Shown piece by piece: positions 51,601-63,356 of a DNA stretch of 64,000 bases. The position numbers were made by a program, and so were the translations under genes. The stretch comes from Mustelus asterias (taxonomy: Eukaryota). The DNA lies in assembly GCF_964213995.1 (NCBI RefSeq), contig NC_135815.1, positions 42,222,001 to 42,286,000 on the forward strand, given 5' to 3'. Positions within the stretch are counted from its first letter, which is position 1; each line of letters opens with the position of its first letter. The notes under the pieces were generated by a model. The model had not been told where the DNA came from. It worked only from the letters and a program-made list of their open reading frames with translations, and did no database searches.

Positions 51601-54600
51601 CAAGTTACACTGGCACCATTGACAAATCTCTAACACATCCAAGCCGGGAGACAAAAACTCATTACAAAAAGCTGTTCAAAGTGTCTCATTTTGTTACACG
51701 TGCACAAATAAAACAGAGAGGGACAGAAGAGTGTATCCCATTAACATCTGCATCCAGATTACTGGCACAAAAGGGAGGTATTTAGGCCTTTGAATCGACC
51801 ACATCAAAATAGACCTTTCAGCTATACGTGCCAGTGGTGACTGTCTGAAAGAGCTATCTAATTCACCTCTTCCTATTTGTGCATAACTTCAAATGTTTTC
51901 TTACTGTGGTAAGCCCCGTTTCCCCACTTCACCAGAAGAATGGATTCAATAAAATAGTTGGAGCAGAAACGAAGTCACATGAACCTGAAAAACTTTAATC
52001 CAGTATTGCTCAGTACTTTAAGCTATGCAGAGTCCACATGGAGCAAATTGCAATTCTCTGATGTACAATTGAGTGATTTCATTACATTTTGCATTTTTCT
52101 TAAACAATGTTGAATAGTGCTCTCTTTGGTCAAGACATTACTGCAATACAACATATTAATTGTCCGAGTTTATGAATGAAAAATTCTAGTTTTGATGTGA
52201 GTTTTAGGAGATAGAGATCAGTTCAAAGAGAACAAAATGATCTCAACCAGTGTCATTGTCAAGCACATCTAAGCTGTCAATAGCAAAGCCAGCTGCGGAC
52301 TAATGCTCCTTCTGTTCTTCCCAGCTTGATTTTAAACTAAAAAATAAAACACCCTTATAACGCATGAGGAACTGGCTTCTGTTTTTGCTACCAGCAACCC
52401 ATACCTGGCTTAAGGCGGGGTGCCAGTCATTACAGACAGGCTTCAGACCATTTGAACTAAAGTTTGATAAAGCCTTTACAGCCAGCAACAGGGTCCGAGA
52501 GGTAATGGTTACCCCAATCAGAAATTCATTTGTATACTTAGTTAAAATGATTATTCTCAAAAGATACAGTCGTAATTGGACAGCCAGGAGAAATGGAATC
52601 TAGTCAACTGTAATTGCGCTCCATTTAATCCCACAGTTCTACTTTCAAGACGACCTATTTTTATTCCCACATCTCCTGTCTTATTGGAAAGTACTAGAAA
52701 AGATTTGATCATGGTGCCCCTGTAGGGTCTCCTAGTCTATCAGCAGCTACAATGAGTGACCAGTGCACAGATTCTCAAATTTCAATCTTTGTTTCAACAT
52801 GTCAGGGAACGGTCTCAATCAATTGCAGTGAGTGGGGAAGTGGGGGGAGGAGGGGGGGAAGCAGTTTTTGCTAGGAATTTCTTGTGTACCGCTCAGGGGC
52901 TTATTACATATTTTCAACTGCAGGAGTGTGGGCAAGGATGTCTGTGACATATACATGTCAGGGACTCAAGATTAGGAGAGGTGACAAAGATAAAGTTTGT
53001 AATGGCAAATCTTCCTGATTCTCAAAGTGTGCTGCTAGGTCCCTGAAACACAATTAATTGAACACTATTGACACTTTAACAAAATGGGTTCATGTAACTA
53101 GCTTTAGGCAGCACCTACCTTTCTTACTGCAGCGGGTGTCCCAGACGATTATGTTGCCATCTCTTCCACCAGTGCAAAATACAGCTTCGGGAAAAAAAAA
53201 TGAAGAGGATGAAATTATAGAAACCCTACAGTGCAGGAGACCATTCGGCCCATCGAGCCTGCACTGACAACAATCCCACCAAAGCTCTATCCCCGTAACC
53301 CCATGTATTTATTTTGCTAATCCCCCTGACACCGAGGGACAAGTTAGCATGGCTAATCCACACATCTTTGAACTGTGGGAGGAAACCCACACAGACATGC
53401 CGGGAGTTGATCCCGGACCCCGGCATTGTGCCACCATGCTGCCCCATGAAAACTAACTCTTCCTTTACAAATAAAGCTCTACAAATCAAAACAATTCAGA
53501 ACAGTACCTTTTTCCTGCTTTCCAAATGCCACAGATTTCAGGCTGCACTGATGTCCTTTAAACGTGCCAAGGAGTTCACTCGCATTCACATCCCAGAGTT
53601 TTGCTGTCTGATCTCCCGAAGCTGTAACCTTCAGAACACAGACACACACACAATGCAAATGTTCAACAACACGATCATCACACCCTTTTCTCTGTTCGAG
53701 CAATGTACAAGGAAAACATACTTACTAATTTTGGCTCTCCAGGAACCCAAGCAAGATCAAACACTGCATTGTTGTGAGCCAGCCACGCTGAAAATATAAA
53801 ACATCTAATTTAGAGAGTAGAAACCAGGTTAAAAACAGAAAATAGTCATTGAGGCCTCAGTACAAAGAGATTAACTGGTAAATACATTGTTAATTTAAGC
53901 TGTAAAAGGCATGAACAATTCTGCCCTTCCAAAATTAGATGAAGTCTACAGAATTTTGAGTTTCATGTTATTATGGTGGAATGTGGACAGTCCTATCACT
54001 AGTACTATGATAGGGGATATAATTCGGTGTGATGTTAGAATGATGAACAATAGTGTTGCTGGGTAGGAGATTCCCACTATTTGCTACTTTTAGTGATCCT
54101 AATAATGCATTTAATCATAGAATCATAGAAACCCTACAGTACAGAAAGAGGCCATTCGGCCCATCGAGTCTGCACCGACCACAATCCCACCCAGGCCCTA
54201 CCCCCATATCCCTATATATTTACCCGCTAATCCCTCTAACCTACGCATCACAGGACACTAAGGGGCAATTTAGCATAGCCAATCAACCTAACCCGCACAT
54301 CTTTGGACTGTGGGAGGAAACCGGAGCACCCGGAAGAAACCCACGCAGACACATGGAGAATGTGCAAACTCCACACAGACAGTGACCCAAGCCGGGAATC
54401 GAACCCAGGACCCTGGAGCTGTGAAGCAGCAGTGCTAACCACTGCTATTTCACCACTTTTAATAAAAAGTTGAAATCACACCATTTAAGCATACTGGTAT
54501 CATTATACTCCACATCATCATTATACTAAACAGATGACCATTATATGTCAACAAAGACCTGTTACATGAAATTAGAATCAAGCTCAGTTCCTTCATCTTT

Positions 54601-57600
54601 AAGTTAAAAGATTAAATGATCAAAACCTCCATATGATACTTTAAAAAAAATATTCACAGTTTGATTTATTGTCACATGTATTAGTACAGTGAAAAGTATT
54701 GCTTCTTGTGCGCTAAGCATCCTGTTCATAGAGAAGGAAACGAGAGAGTGCAGAATGTAGTGTTACAGTCATAGCTGGGGTGTAGAGAAAGATCAGCTTA
54801 AATGGAAGGGAGGTCCATTCAAAAGTCTGATGGCAGCAGGGAAGAAGCTGTTCTTGAGTCATTTGGGACATGTCCTCAGACTTTTGTATCTTTTTCCCGA
54901 TGAAAGAAGGTGGGAGAGAGAATGTCCGGGGTGCGTGGGGTCCTTAATTATGCTGGCTGCTTTGCCGAGGAAGCGGGAAGTGTAGACAGAGTCAATGAAT
55001 AGGAGGCTGGTTTGCATGATGGATTGGACTACATTCACGACCTTTTGTAGTTTCTTGAGGTCTTAGGCAGAGCAGGAGCCATACCAAGCTGTGATACAAC
55101 CAGAAGGGATGCTTTCTATGGTGCATCTGTAAAAGTTGGAGAGAGTCGTAGCTGCCATGCCAAATTTCCTTAGTCTTCTGAGAAAGTAGAGGCGTTGGTG
55201 GGCTTTCTTAACTATAGTGTCGGCATGGAGGGACCAGGACAGGTTGTTGGTGATCTGGACACCTAAAAACCTGAAGCTCCCGATCATTTCTACTTCGTCT
55301 CCATCGTGCCATGACTAACCTTTCAAAGCACTTCATAATGATGGTTGTCAGAGCCACCAGACGATAGTCATTAAGTCATGCTGCTTGGCTTTTCTTTGCT
55401 ACTCGGTTGATGGTTGTCTTCTTAAAGCTTAAGAAGCCCCTGCATCTTTGCCCAGGGCTAGAGGGTCATGCACTACTACTGAGCATGGCTGTATTTAACT
55501 TCACAGCTCAGGCTAACAACTCCCTGCTTTCGGAGGGAAAACTTCTCCACGCCACTATGTCAATACTGAGTCAATGCTCCAAAGTGTGGATAATTGGGTG
55601 GCACAGTGGTTAGCACTGCTGCCTCAACGCCAGGGTGCGATTCCCTGCTTGGATCATTTGTCTGTGCAGACTCTGCACAGGCATTCTCCCCATGTTTGCA
55701 TGAGTTTCCTCTGGGTGCTCCGGTTTCCTCCCACAGTCCAAAAGACGTGCTGGTCAGGTGCATTGGCCATGTTAAATTCTCCCTCAGTATACCCGAACAG
55801 GCGCCAGAGTGTGGTGACGAGGGGATTTTCACAGTAACTTCACTGCAGTGTTAATGCAAGTCTACTTGTGACACTAATAAATAAACTTTAATTTGATGGA
55901 CTCTGACTCCTTTAAACTGGAAACAGAACAAAAAGGCCATAGGAGGCAACTATGTAAATGAACTTTTCTTGCCTGTGACGACCATGAATGATGCCTCAAT
56001 GTCAAAGTCAGTCACTCTCACCTCACCAGTTCAGCTCTTTTGTCAATTTTTGGACCAAAGCCAAAGTGAGGTCATCAGAGCTCAAACTGAGTAAGTGCCA
56101 TTTGACAGTATCGGCAACAACATTTTCCACCACTTTGCTGATGAATGAATTGTATTGATACAACAGTAATTTTTTTTCATAAACAGTGTAGTTGCATTAC
56201 ATGAGCAAAATTTATAAATATCTCTTTCAAAAGTTACCCAGGAAAGCAAACAAACAAAACCTTTGCACACCTCGCAAAGTTGGGTCCTCCTTGTTGTGTC
56301 GTTCTGCACCATACAGCCTGACTACACCTTCTTCATTCGCTACTCCAAGGACCTGACGCAACTGATCTGCTGTAAAGCAATCATGGTAAACATCAACCAG
56401 CATATCAGCAATATTTAATTTGCACATGGTCCTTTTTACATAGAGGGCAATACTAGTTACACAAATGAAGACTGAAGGAAGCTCACAATTTGGTATTAAC
56501 ATGTATTCGGATTTAAAGCCCTTTTTAGCATGATTCTCTGCATAAATATTTGGAGACTCTTCAAGTTGGATGGGCAGATGCCAACTCCAATGCCATCAAA
56601 AATATTTCTCAATCCAAGTGTGCAATTTATATAAATAACACCGTTGATTCATAAGTTGACAGATTGAAATGTTAGGCAGTGTTAAAACTCAAACTACTCA
56701 CCACATTTTGAATTTCCAATTGGTTCACATTGTTGTTCCTCAACATAACTGAAGGAAACACATACTTGAATTGCTAAGGCTTGTTCTGTCGTTAATTCTG
56801 CCTCTTTGTTCCCATCACTACATGGAATCATATTTCAGAGTTTGCTTTGGATAACTGTAACTTCAGATGTGTCGCAATCAAACTTGCAGCTTCCAACTAC
56901 TGGAATTGCAGATTGTATCAAGATCCCAAACTAATGCCTACTCTCAATGAAAGAAAATTTAGTGAGATTTAACAAGTGTGTGTGTGAAGTTTCATCTCAC
57001 TGAAAACTCTGAATAGGTCAATTTACCTGTAGACCACAAGCAGACAAAAGGAGGGACTGGTACCCCGAGGTCACCATACGAAATGTGCTCATCCCGTCGA
57101 TTACATTGGTAATACTGCAGCAGGGTCTCTAAGGGGTAACTGCGAGGTTCTGGTGGGAAAGTTAAAAGTATACTGTAACTGATGGAGAAGCAACAAAGAA
57201 TAAACAGATGTTTGCATGAATGAATTAAACTTATCTTTTGTATCAGTTGCATCTTTAAAACAAAAATCAGGCTACAGTCAGATCAGCCATGATCTTATCA
57301 AAAAGGCAAAACAGGCTCCAGGGGCCAAAGGGCCTTCTCCTGCTCCTGATTCGTATGCATCAGCTATTACACATCTGCACATTTACAGCAGTCTGTACAG
57401 AAATGAAGCACTAACAAAACAGTATTCAAAAGGAAATCTGAAGAGAAATTTTCAACCAAGTTAATGGAGTTGAATTTTTCTTTGACTACCTCTTTTCCTC
57501 CCTCAAAGGCCAAACGTTCATCCTTCAGAGCCACTTTAAGTGGTAATTAACCGAACACAGATCTACAAGGTATTGGAGCTGATCTCAATTTCATTCTCAT

Positions 57601-59525
57601 CCAACATCCATACTTTGCAATGTTGAACCACTAGATTGAAGTCAGGAAAAGCAACTGGTGTTGTTGCTCTCCTCTGGAAGGTGAAACTTGCAGCACTGTC
57701 AGGTGAACCCTCAGGTGAGAAAAGGTCACATGGGACCTTTCTGATTGGTATAACTCAGTTCCAGTTTGAATCAGGAGGAAGTATATTGCCTACAGGGAGT
57801 CGTTTTAAACCTGTATCACAAACAGTTGGATGGTGGACTTTCTGCACCATATGGTATCTCAAGTTGAATTTTTCTTCCTGCTTCATTCTGCATTATTTAA
57901 CGACTGCTAGATAGAAATTGTCAACTGAGAGGCAAAACTCAAACAGCAACACAAATCACACTTAGCTCATTATGAGAACATACAAAAATGAATAACCGGA
58001 GACTGACTCTCTTTTCCATCTGATCTGACACTTACTGATACAGTGCAACATCTTAGCCCCAGTGCTCGACATCTGCTCAAGTATCCAAAGAATGTCCCCA
58101 ATGGAAAATGTCAAAATATAATTGATAAAATATCCATGAAATGAACTTTTAACACGATAACACCTAACACATACTCAAAGTACATTGAGGCCATTCAGCC
58201 TTTCGCATCCCTATCCGATTAGTTCTCTCTCTGCATCGTCCCACTGCGGAACATGTTTTTTCTTTTCCAAGTACATACCCAATTCCCATTTGAAATTTTC
58301 TACTAAATCTGTTTCAAATCAGCCTTTTGGGTATCAATTTCAAATTGTTACAACTTATATAGTGTAAAAAAAATCACCCCAGCCACCAACCTACTGCTAG
58401 TAGAAATGGTTTGTCCCCATCTAAACAGCTCTATTAATTCAACCCGTAACTACCTTTGGTCTAAAGTTTCTCTAGTACCTTTACAAATAGATTCAACATC
58501 TTGTATTTAAATTGCAGCTTTAATTTAATTAAAAAGTATAAGGCATTGCACTGTAGCATTATGAAACAAAATATAATAACTAGGCAGAAATGGACACAAG
58601 GAAAGATAAACAATAGCTTGGTCAAAGTAAGCTTTAAGGAAGAGGGGTGGAGGGAACTTAAAGGCTGAGAAGACTAGGGGGCTGAAGGCATGACCAGCAA
58701 TTTAAACCAGGGATGTTCGAGGAATGCAGATATCTCTGAGGGTTGTGGGGCTGGATATTACAGAAGGGGGGGGGGGGGGGGCGGTGCAATGGAGCAATTT
58801 GAAGACGGAAGCAAATTTTAAAATCTAATCCTTACTTAGCCAAAAACCAATGCAGATCAGCAGACACTGAGCGAACAGGGCTTAATCACAGTTAGATTCT
58901 TTTTTTATAAAGTATTTTCCCTTTATGGCAACACAGAAAATATATAACGCCGAGTAAAAACAAAAATTTGTTACACTCATTCAAAAATAATTCCTATAGA
59001 GCCTTGATTAAACTCATTCACAAATACCCAGCGGAAATAACTCGATCCTGGTTATTTTACACAGCTAGCGACTTAATGACAAGAGACAAAAGTAATACAA
59101 ATGTGCGGATTGCCAGAATAACTTTTCTTCTAAAGCCAGTGCCAACTGAGACCAAGATCGTAAATAATTAGGATTATTTCGAACCTGCATTTAACATAAT
59201 TAGAGAGTCGCCCTTGAGCTTTACTGCAAGAGGCATTTCAAACAATTAACCTAGAGGAATTTTACCTTTAAAATTAATAGTGGAAAAACATAAAAAAGAG
59301 ATGAGTTTATATTCTAATATAGGTCCAGGACAGATAGTCATTAATAAAATGTAAATAAATATTGTTACAGAAAAAACTTAAGACACTCCCTGACTTTAAA
59401 TAAAAATACATTTCTTAAATAGAGAGCGGATAGTCAAACGTAACTCTTAAATAGAAACAGGAGAGTAGTCTCTCACCCCGCGTTTTGCTGTGAATTCTGC
59501 TATTAAGGACAGCACGGAGCAGCAT
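36629..59525 (-). CDS. DTL: Denticleless / CDT2, CRL4 E3-ligase substrate receptor (WD40); complete 15-exon CDS, 2130 nt, ~709 aa
   Basis: Exons 59525-59477, 57149-57027, 56369-56271, 53787-53726, 53628-53508, 53184-53119, 49730-49615, 49489-49416, 49264-49161, 48727-48623, 43112-43000, 41142-41053, 40020-39906, 39071-38236, 36685-36629; all GT-AG, phases join in frame, peptides match vertebrate DTL. Confidence 0.95.
36890..37670 (+). mobile_element. Degraded L2/CR1-group LINE 3' part
   Basis: Same family as 25300-25660 and 44080-47000 (ILGVTVHQKLN, EYYPVAWM motifs). Confidence 0.6.
38236..39071 (-). CDS. DTL: DTL exon 14 (large Ser/Pro-rich exon)
   Basis: Within ORF 38170..39084; KMSIKKWIVKSP, ERKAKRRL, DKENGSP..NWL motifs; AG/GT boundaries. 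Confidence 0.9.
39906..40020 (-). CDS. DTL: DTL exon 13
   Basis: IATCSDDNTVRIWRLNQK... Confidence 0.92.
40266..40570 (-). mobile_element. HE1-like V-SINE
   Basis: Reverse-complement similarity to 16255-16585. Confidence 0.8.
41053..41142 (-). CDS. DTL: DTL exon 12
   Basis: TSDPHHPPAMLHGHTQEVTCVSWCPSDFSK. Confidence 0.92.
43000..43112 (-). CDS. DTL: DTL exon 11
   Basis: VATFNGHQNSTFYIKASLSLDDQFLLSGSNDHNAYIWK. Confidence 0.93.
44080..47000 (-). mobile_element. Degraded L2/CR1-group LINE interrupted by a V-SINE (44555-44850)
   Basis: ORF fragments such as NQRIRSKLCSLASSSQEWWWPIKQ and DASVHDSIDGNDHSVLV; the LINE resumes on either side of the SINE. Confidence 0.7.
47020..47955 (-). mobile_element. 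Rex1/Babar-like LINE fragment
   Basis: KKAHQRLYCLRRLRKF...LTNFYRCTIESILSGCIT. Confidence 0.8.
48623..48727 (-). CDS. DTL: DTL exon 10
   Basis: GYSSLVLDSKGSNLFASCTDDNIYMFNMTGLKTVP. Confidence 0.93.
49161..49264 (-). CDS. DTL: DTL exon 9
   Basis: VIKVWDLRKNYTHHHQDPVPVQSFLYPGTSARKL. Confidence 0.93.
49416..49489 (-). CDS. DTL: DTL exon 8
   Basis: DFLQSVTVVIFQDEKTLISAGAVDG. Confidence 0.93.
49615..49730 (-). CDS. DTL: DTL exon 7
   Basis: DGFYRQVKQITGAHNTQAKHTPPKQKKRRQAARGLAPSV. Confidence 0.93.
50215..50345 (-). mobile_element. Old Penelope-like terminal fragment with decayed hammerhead motif
   Basis: Reverse strand CTGATGG-AAGGTCACAACCT-GAAA-CGTTC; same family as 15775-15943. Confidence 0.5.
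50385..51228 (+). mobile_element. CR1-like LINE 3' end(s) with repeated tail modules
   Basis: ORF 50506 RFNTDIRRTYFTQGVVGAWNVL...FKTYLDSYM is the CR1 ORF2 end; tail ending (TGTTCTT)n occurs at 50445-50507 and 51166-51228. Confidence 0.75.
53119..53184 (-). CDS. DTL: DTL exon 6
   Basis: AVFCTGGRDGNIIVWDTRCSKK. Confidence 0.93.
53215..53445 (-). mobile_element. Internally deleted HE1-like V-SINE
   Basis: Head and tail of the SINE family in DTL intron 5. Confidence 0.7.
53508..53628 (-). CDS. DTL: DTL exon 5
   Basis: VTASGDQTAKLWDVNASELLGTFKGHQCSLKSVAFGKQEK. Confidence 0.94.
53726..53787 (-). CDS. DTL: DTL exon 4
   Basis: AWLAHNNAVFDLAWVPGEPKL. Confidence 0.93.
54113..54444 (-). mobile_element. 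HE1-like V-SINE
   Basis: Reverse complement of the 16255-16585 copy. Confidence 0.85.
54660..55305 (-). mobile_element. Rex1/Babar-like LINE 3' fragment
   Basis: SFRFLGVQITNNLSWSLHADTIVKKAHQRLYFLRRLRKFGM...ITAWYGSC. Confidence 0.85.
55598..55890 (+). mobile_element. tRNA-derived V-SINE, alternative-tail subfamily
   Basis: Same head and V-domain, tail ...GTGACACTAATAAATAAACTT; second copy at 59945-60240 (minus). Confidence 0.75.
56271..56369 (-). CDS. DTL: DTL exon 3
   Basis: ADQLRQVLGVANEEGVVRLYGAERHNKEDPTLR; tandem CAGCAG acceptor. Confidence 0.92.
57027..57149 (-). CDS. DTL: DTL exon 2
   Basis: EPRSYPLETLLQYYQCNRRDEHISYGDLGVPVPPFVCLWST. Confidence 0.92.
59477..59525 (-). CDS. DTL: DTL exon 1 (coding part)
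   Basis: ATG at 59525; MLLRAVLNSRIHSKTR; GTGAGA donor, phase 1 matches exon 2. Confidence 0.85.
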
Positions 59526-59716
59526 CTTGTAACTCAGACTCACTTAACCCACTGGAACTCCCGCGCTCTCCCCACAGTCAACCTCCCGCCAAATAGACGT
59601 CACGCCCGCTGATTGGTCGTCGAACGGAAGGGACGCGATCACTCGGCAACTCCGTCACTTCCGCTCCCGAGGCATTACTGGGAGGAGACGGTTGGAGGCT
59701 GCGGGTGGCTGCAGTC
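59526..59716. promoter_or_regulatory. Bidirectional DTL/INTS7 promoter
   Basis: 191 bp between divergent ATGs; CpG-rich; E2F-like TTTGGCGGGAG (minus, 59583-59593), CRE-like GACGTCA (~59596), inverted CCAAT (~59612), ETS CGGAAG (~59625) and CTTCCG (~59658). Confidence 0.85.
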
Positions 59717-59810
59717 ATGTCGCTGGCGGCGGCCAGGCCCTTCCTGTCGGAGGGCGGCTATGGGGAGCAGGAGATGGACGCTAACTCCGCCCTGATGGAG
59801 CTGGATAAAG
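59717..59810 (+). CDS. INTS7: INTS7 exon 1 (coding part)
   Basis: MSLAAARPFLSEGGYGEQEMDANSALMELDK; GTAACG donor. Confidence 0.93.
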
Positions 59811-62800
59811 GTAACGGAGCCGGGGGACCGGAGCCGCCGCCGCTCCCACTCCAGGTTGTGTCACCCACTTGGATTTACCAAAGTCGCCAGTTTCCAATCG
59901 AGCTGGATTTAAATAGAAAAAAACCACCTTTTTAAAAGTTGAAATTTATTTATTTAGTATCACAAAATAGTCTTACATTAACACTGCAATGAAGTTACTG
60001 TGAAAATCCCCTAGTCGCCACAGTCCGGCACCTGTTCGGTTACACTGAGGGAGAATTTAGCATGGTCAATGCACCTGACCAGCACATCATTCGGACTGTG
60101 GGAGGAAACTGGAGCACCCGGGGGAAACCCATGCAGACACGGGGAGAACGTGCAGACTCCGCACAGACAGTGACCTGAGGCTGGAATCTAACCTGGCTCC
60201 CTGGTATTGTGAGGCAGCTGTGCTAACCACTGTGCCACAATGCAGCCACTTGGGTTCTTAGGACCATCCCTGAACAGAAGCACTGTTTTATTTTTTATTT
60301 TCTCAGCCGCACTTCTCCCCACCTTCTGACTTTACCTTTTGGTGGTGGCGATCTATGCAATTGAGTATTAACTTTTCTATCTGGAAGGGTGCAATTCCAA
60401 CAAGGTAGCTGCGGACAGATGTGAATTGATTCTGTCACTTCAGAAAAGCGCCAAGTTATAATTGTGCCCAACCAGCCCGTCCTTGCAAAACTCAAAACAA
60501 CACCAGATATGATTCTGTGATTGCACATTTATTCAATAATCCTCTGTGCTAAGAATTACGCTGACAAATTTAAGATTGTCAGTCGGGCTTGCAGTACGGT
60601 GCATATTCATGTACTGGAAATTACATATATTAATACACAGGACCCTGTTTATTTTGCAGATAGAACATCTATACACACACCTGTTTCACCTAATCAAAAT
60701 AAGTGACAGCCGTTCACTCCCCATGGCAATGTCTTGACCAATTGGAACCGAGCTGCCTGGTTTAAACTTCAAACAATTCTTGGTCGTTAACTAAGTCACT
60801 GTCAATTGATGCATTCTATCAATCCGAGTTCATTTGCCAACCAATCAGCAATTCTCTTCACATTCAGTATAAATATGTTATTTCCCCTGACAGTGGTATT
60901 TTATTGCAAATTGTCCTGATAAGTACAAGATGAAAAGCTTTGATTAAAAATATTTTTTTTCAGCAATACTCAAGCTTTGTGAAATGTTTGACATCCTACA
61001 CTGCTTTCCACTGTAGAGATAATTTTGACAAACCTGTTCGAGGTGTTTAGATTTGTCAAGTTTATAACATGGTCAAATGCTGTTGGAATATTCATTTAAA
61101 TTGACGACAAATCCACTAATCACAGAAGTCAGCGACCCTGTGATCTAGAATTCCCAAATGAAGTATGTTGAAAATGTGCTGTGGAGTACTTGAAAAATGC
61201 TGTTGGTGGCGCACAATTTCAAGTGTCAAATCCAAGCAACCATGATATTTTGAATGTGTTTGAAAAGCCACTTGCTCCCGACCACTTTCACAGAGCTTCT
61301 CTCTTTCATAGTTCAAGGAGGTGCTTTTCTCTCCTACCTTTTCCTCCTCCCTTGCTTCAGTTGACATTTTTCTCTCCCCAAAACCAATTTGGTTCACAAA
61401 GGCCATGTTTCACTCAGCCACAGACTGCAACAAATTTGAATTTCTTGAGTAAATCAGCACTAATACAAAGGAGCCAAGAGCTGCAGTGTGGGACAAATTG
61501 GGGAATGGAAGCTAACTGTTTGAGGAATGAATTTCATGCTGTACATTGGAATCATTAGAATTTCATTTCCTGGTATCTACATTTGGGCTTAGAACTGCCG
61601 TTTGAGAAACATACATAGTAAAAGTACTGTTTAATACATGCTGTATTTTTATTGAAACTAATTGTGAAAAGAACATCACAAGCTTAAAATGTTAGAAGGC
61701 ACCCAAGAAAAAAAGACAAGAGTCAGCCACCAGGCCCTTCAAGCCTGCCCTGCCATTCAATATGATCATGGCTGATCGAAAAGGATAAATTGAAATTATG
61801 AGTTTTGATTTTCATTTAAAAATGATTCAATGAGCAGTCAGGAGTAGAGGTCAGAACTGGTTGCAAATAGAACTCTGCTCCAAACAAAGCTGTTGTGTTT
61901 TACCTGCTTCACAAGCAAGATTCAGAATTTAGACTTTTAAAAGTACAAAATAAAATATTGTGACTCCAACCTGATTTGTATGTTAAAGAGTATATATCTT
62001 AAAACATGGTGCAGTGAGTTGAGGAGCTAATGTAATGTTTTGTATCCTGTTTCTCAAGGGCTGAGATCAGGGAAACTTGGTGAGCAATGTGAAGCAGTTG
62101 TCCGTTTCCCTCGGTTATTCCAAAAGTACCCATTTCCAATTCTTATAAACTCTGCTTTTTTGAAACTTGCAGACATCTTCAGAGTTGGGTAAGCATTGTA
62201 ATTTCTGGAAAGGCTATTTTAACAATTACTTTTTTAAAAATTGTTTTGAAAAAATACAAATTCACTGCTTCCCTTCTTCAGAAACAACTTTTTGAGATTG
62301 TGTGTACTAAAGGTGACTCAACAGAGTGAAAAGCACTTGGAGAAAATCTTAAACGTTGACGAGTTTGTGAAGAGAGTCTTCTCCGTAATCCACAGCAATG
62401 ATCCAGTGGCCAGAGCCATCACTCTTCGGTAAGCACAATTCCACTGAAGGCTCTCAAACAAGCTGTCCCTTTGAGCAAATAATATTTGTTGTGACTTTGT
62501 AGATATTTAGCCAAAATAAGTAAATCAGATTTGTGCAAAATGTTTAGTAAGTAAACTACACTGTGATCACACTGATCTATATAACTGTGGTGATTGATAA
62601 CCCCTTCAGTATGTGATTTATTTCAAGAGATGTTTGCTGTGTTGGCCATAGGATTTCCCAGAATTAAACTGTAATAACTGGCTCAAACTGCATAAAATAG
62701 TGGTGTGTATATAATTTTTAAAATCGGGTCTTTTCAAGGTAATATAATTTGTATTTTAATTATAAGCCCATCAAGATTGGCTCTTACTGTTGATATCATC

Positions 62801-63356
62801 TAGATCTGTCTAGTATATACAACAGACTTTTTCTTCATTTTCAGCTGCAATTTATTTCCTGATGAATGTTACATCCTGATGTCACAGTTATTCCTTTGGT
62901 GTGAGTTCAGAAAAGTGAACTGACCAGAATTTATAAAGAATTGCCCTGAGTATTATTTATGTTAGGCATATCCTAGAGAAATTCCAAGCCATCTAATGTA
63001 GTTCCTGGGATGAAATGAACATTGTACTTAGAGCAATGCTCTTGTGATCTGTAACTTGGTATAATCCCCTTGATCTGTATAGCGTGCAAGAAACAATACT
63101 TTTCACTGTATACTAATACATGTGACAAATCAAATCAAAAGATGTGTGATTATATTTATGTCAATCATTGTGTACCTAATCAGTGAAAATTGAGTCATTG
63201 GACTGTATTCTTTTGCAGAATGCTAGGAAGTATGGCATCTATTATTCCTGACAGAAAAAATGCTCATCACAGCATTCGACAAAGTTTAGATTCACATGAT
63301 AATATCGAAGTAGAAGCTGCCATTTTTGCTGCTGCCCATTTTTCTGCACAATCCAA
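59717..63356 (+). CDS. INTS7: Integrator complex subunit 7, exons 1-4 (partial; continues beyond right edge)
   Basis: Exons 59717-59810, 62059-62188, 62282-62428, 63219-63356; GT-AG, in-frame; GYGEQEMDANSALMELDKGLRSGKLGEQCEAVVRFPRLFQKYPFPILINSAFLKLAD...AQSK matches INTS7. Confidence 0.95.
59945..60240 (-). mobile_element. tRNA-derived V-SINE, alternative-tail subfamily
   Basis: Reverse-complement similarity to 55598-55890. Confidence 0.75.
60700..60975 (+). mobile_element. Old Penelope-like terminal repeat with CCAAT/TATA and decayed hammerhead motif
   Basis: CCAATCAG (60841), TATAAAT (~60868), TGTC-CTGATAA-GTACAAGAT-GAAA-AGCTT-TGA; homologous to 14830-14915. Confidence 0.5.
62059..62188 (+). 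CDS. INTS7: INTS7 exon 2
   Basis: LRSGKLGEQCEAVVRFPRLFQKYPFPILINSAFLKLADIFRVG. Confidence 0.94.
62282..62428 (+). CDS. INTS7: INTS7 exon 3
   Basis: NNFLRLCVLKVTQQSEKHLEKILNVDEFVKRVFSVIHSNDPVARAITLR. Confidence 0.94.
63219..63356 (+). CDS. INTS7: INTS7 exon 4
   Basis: MLGSMASIIPDRKNAHHSIRQSLDSHDNIEVEAAIFAAAHFSAQSK. Confidence 0.94.
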
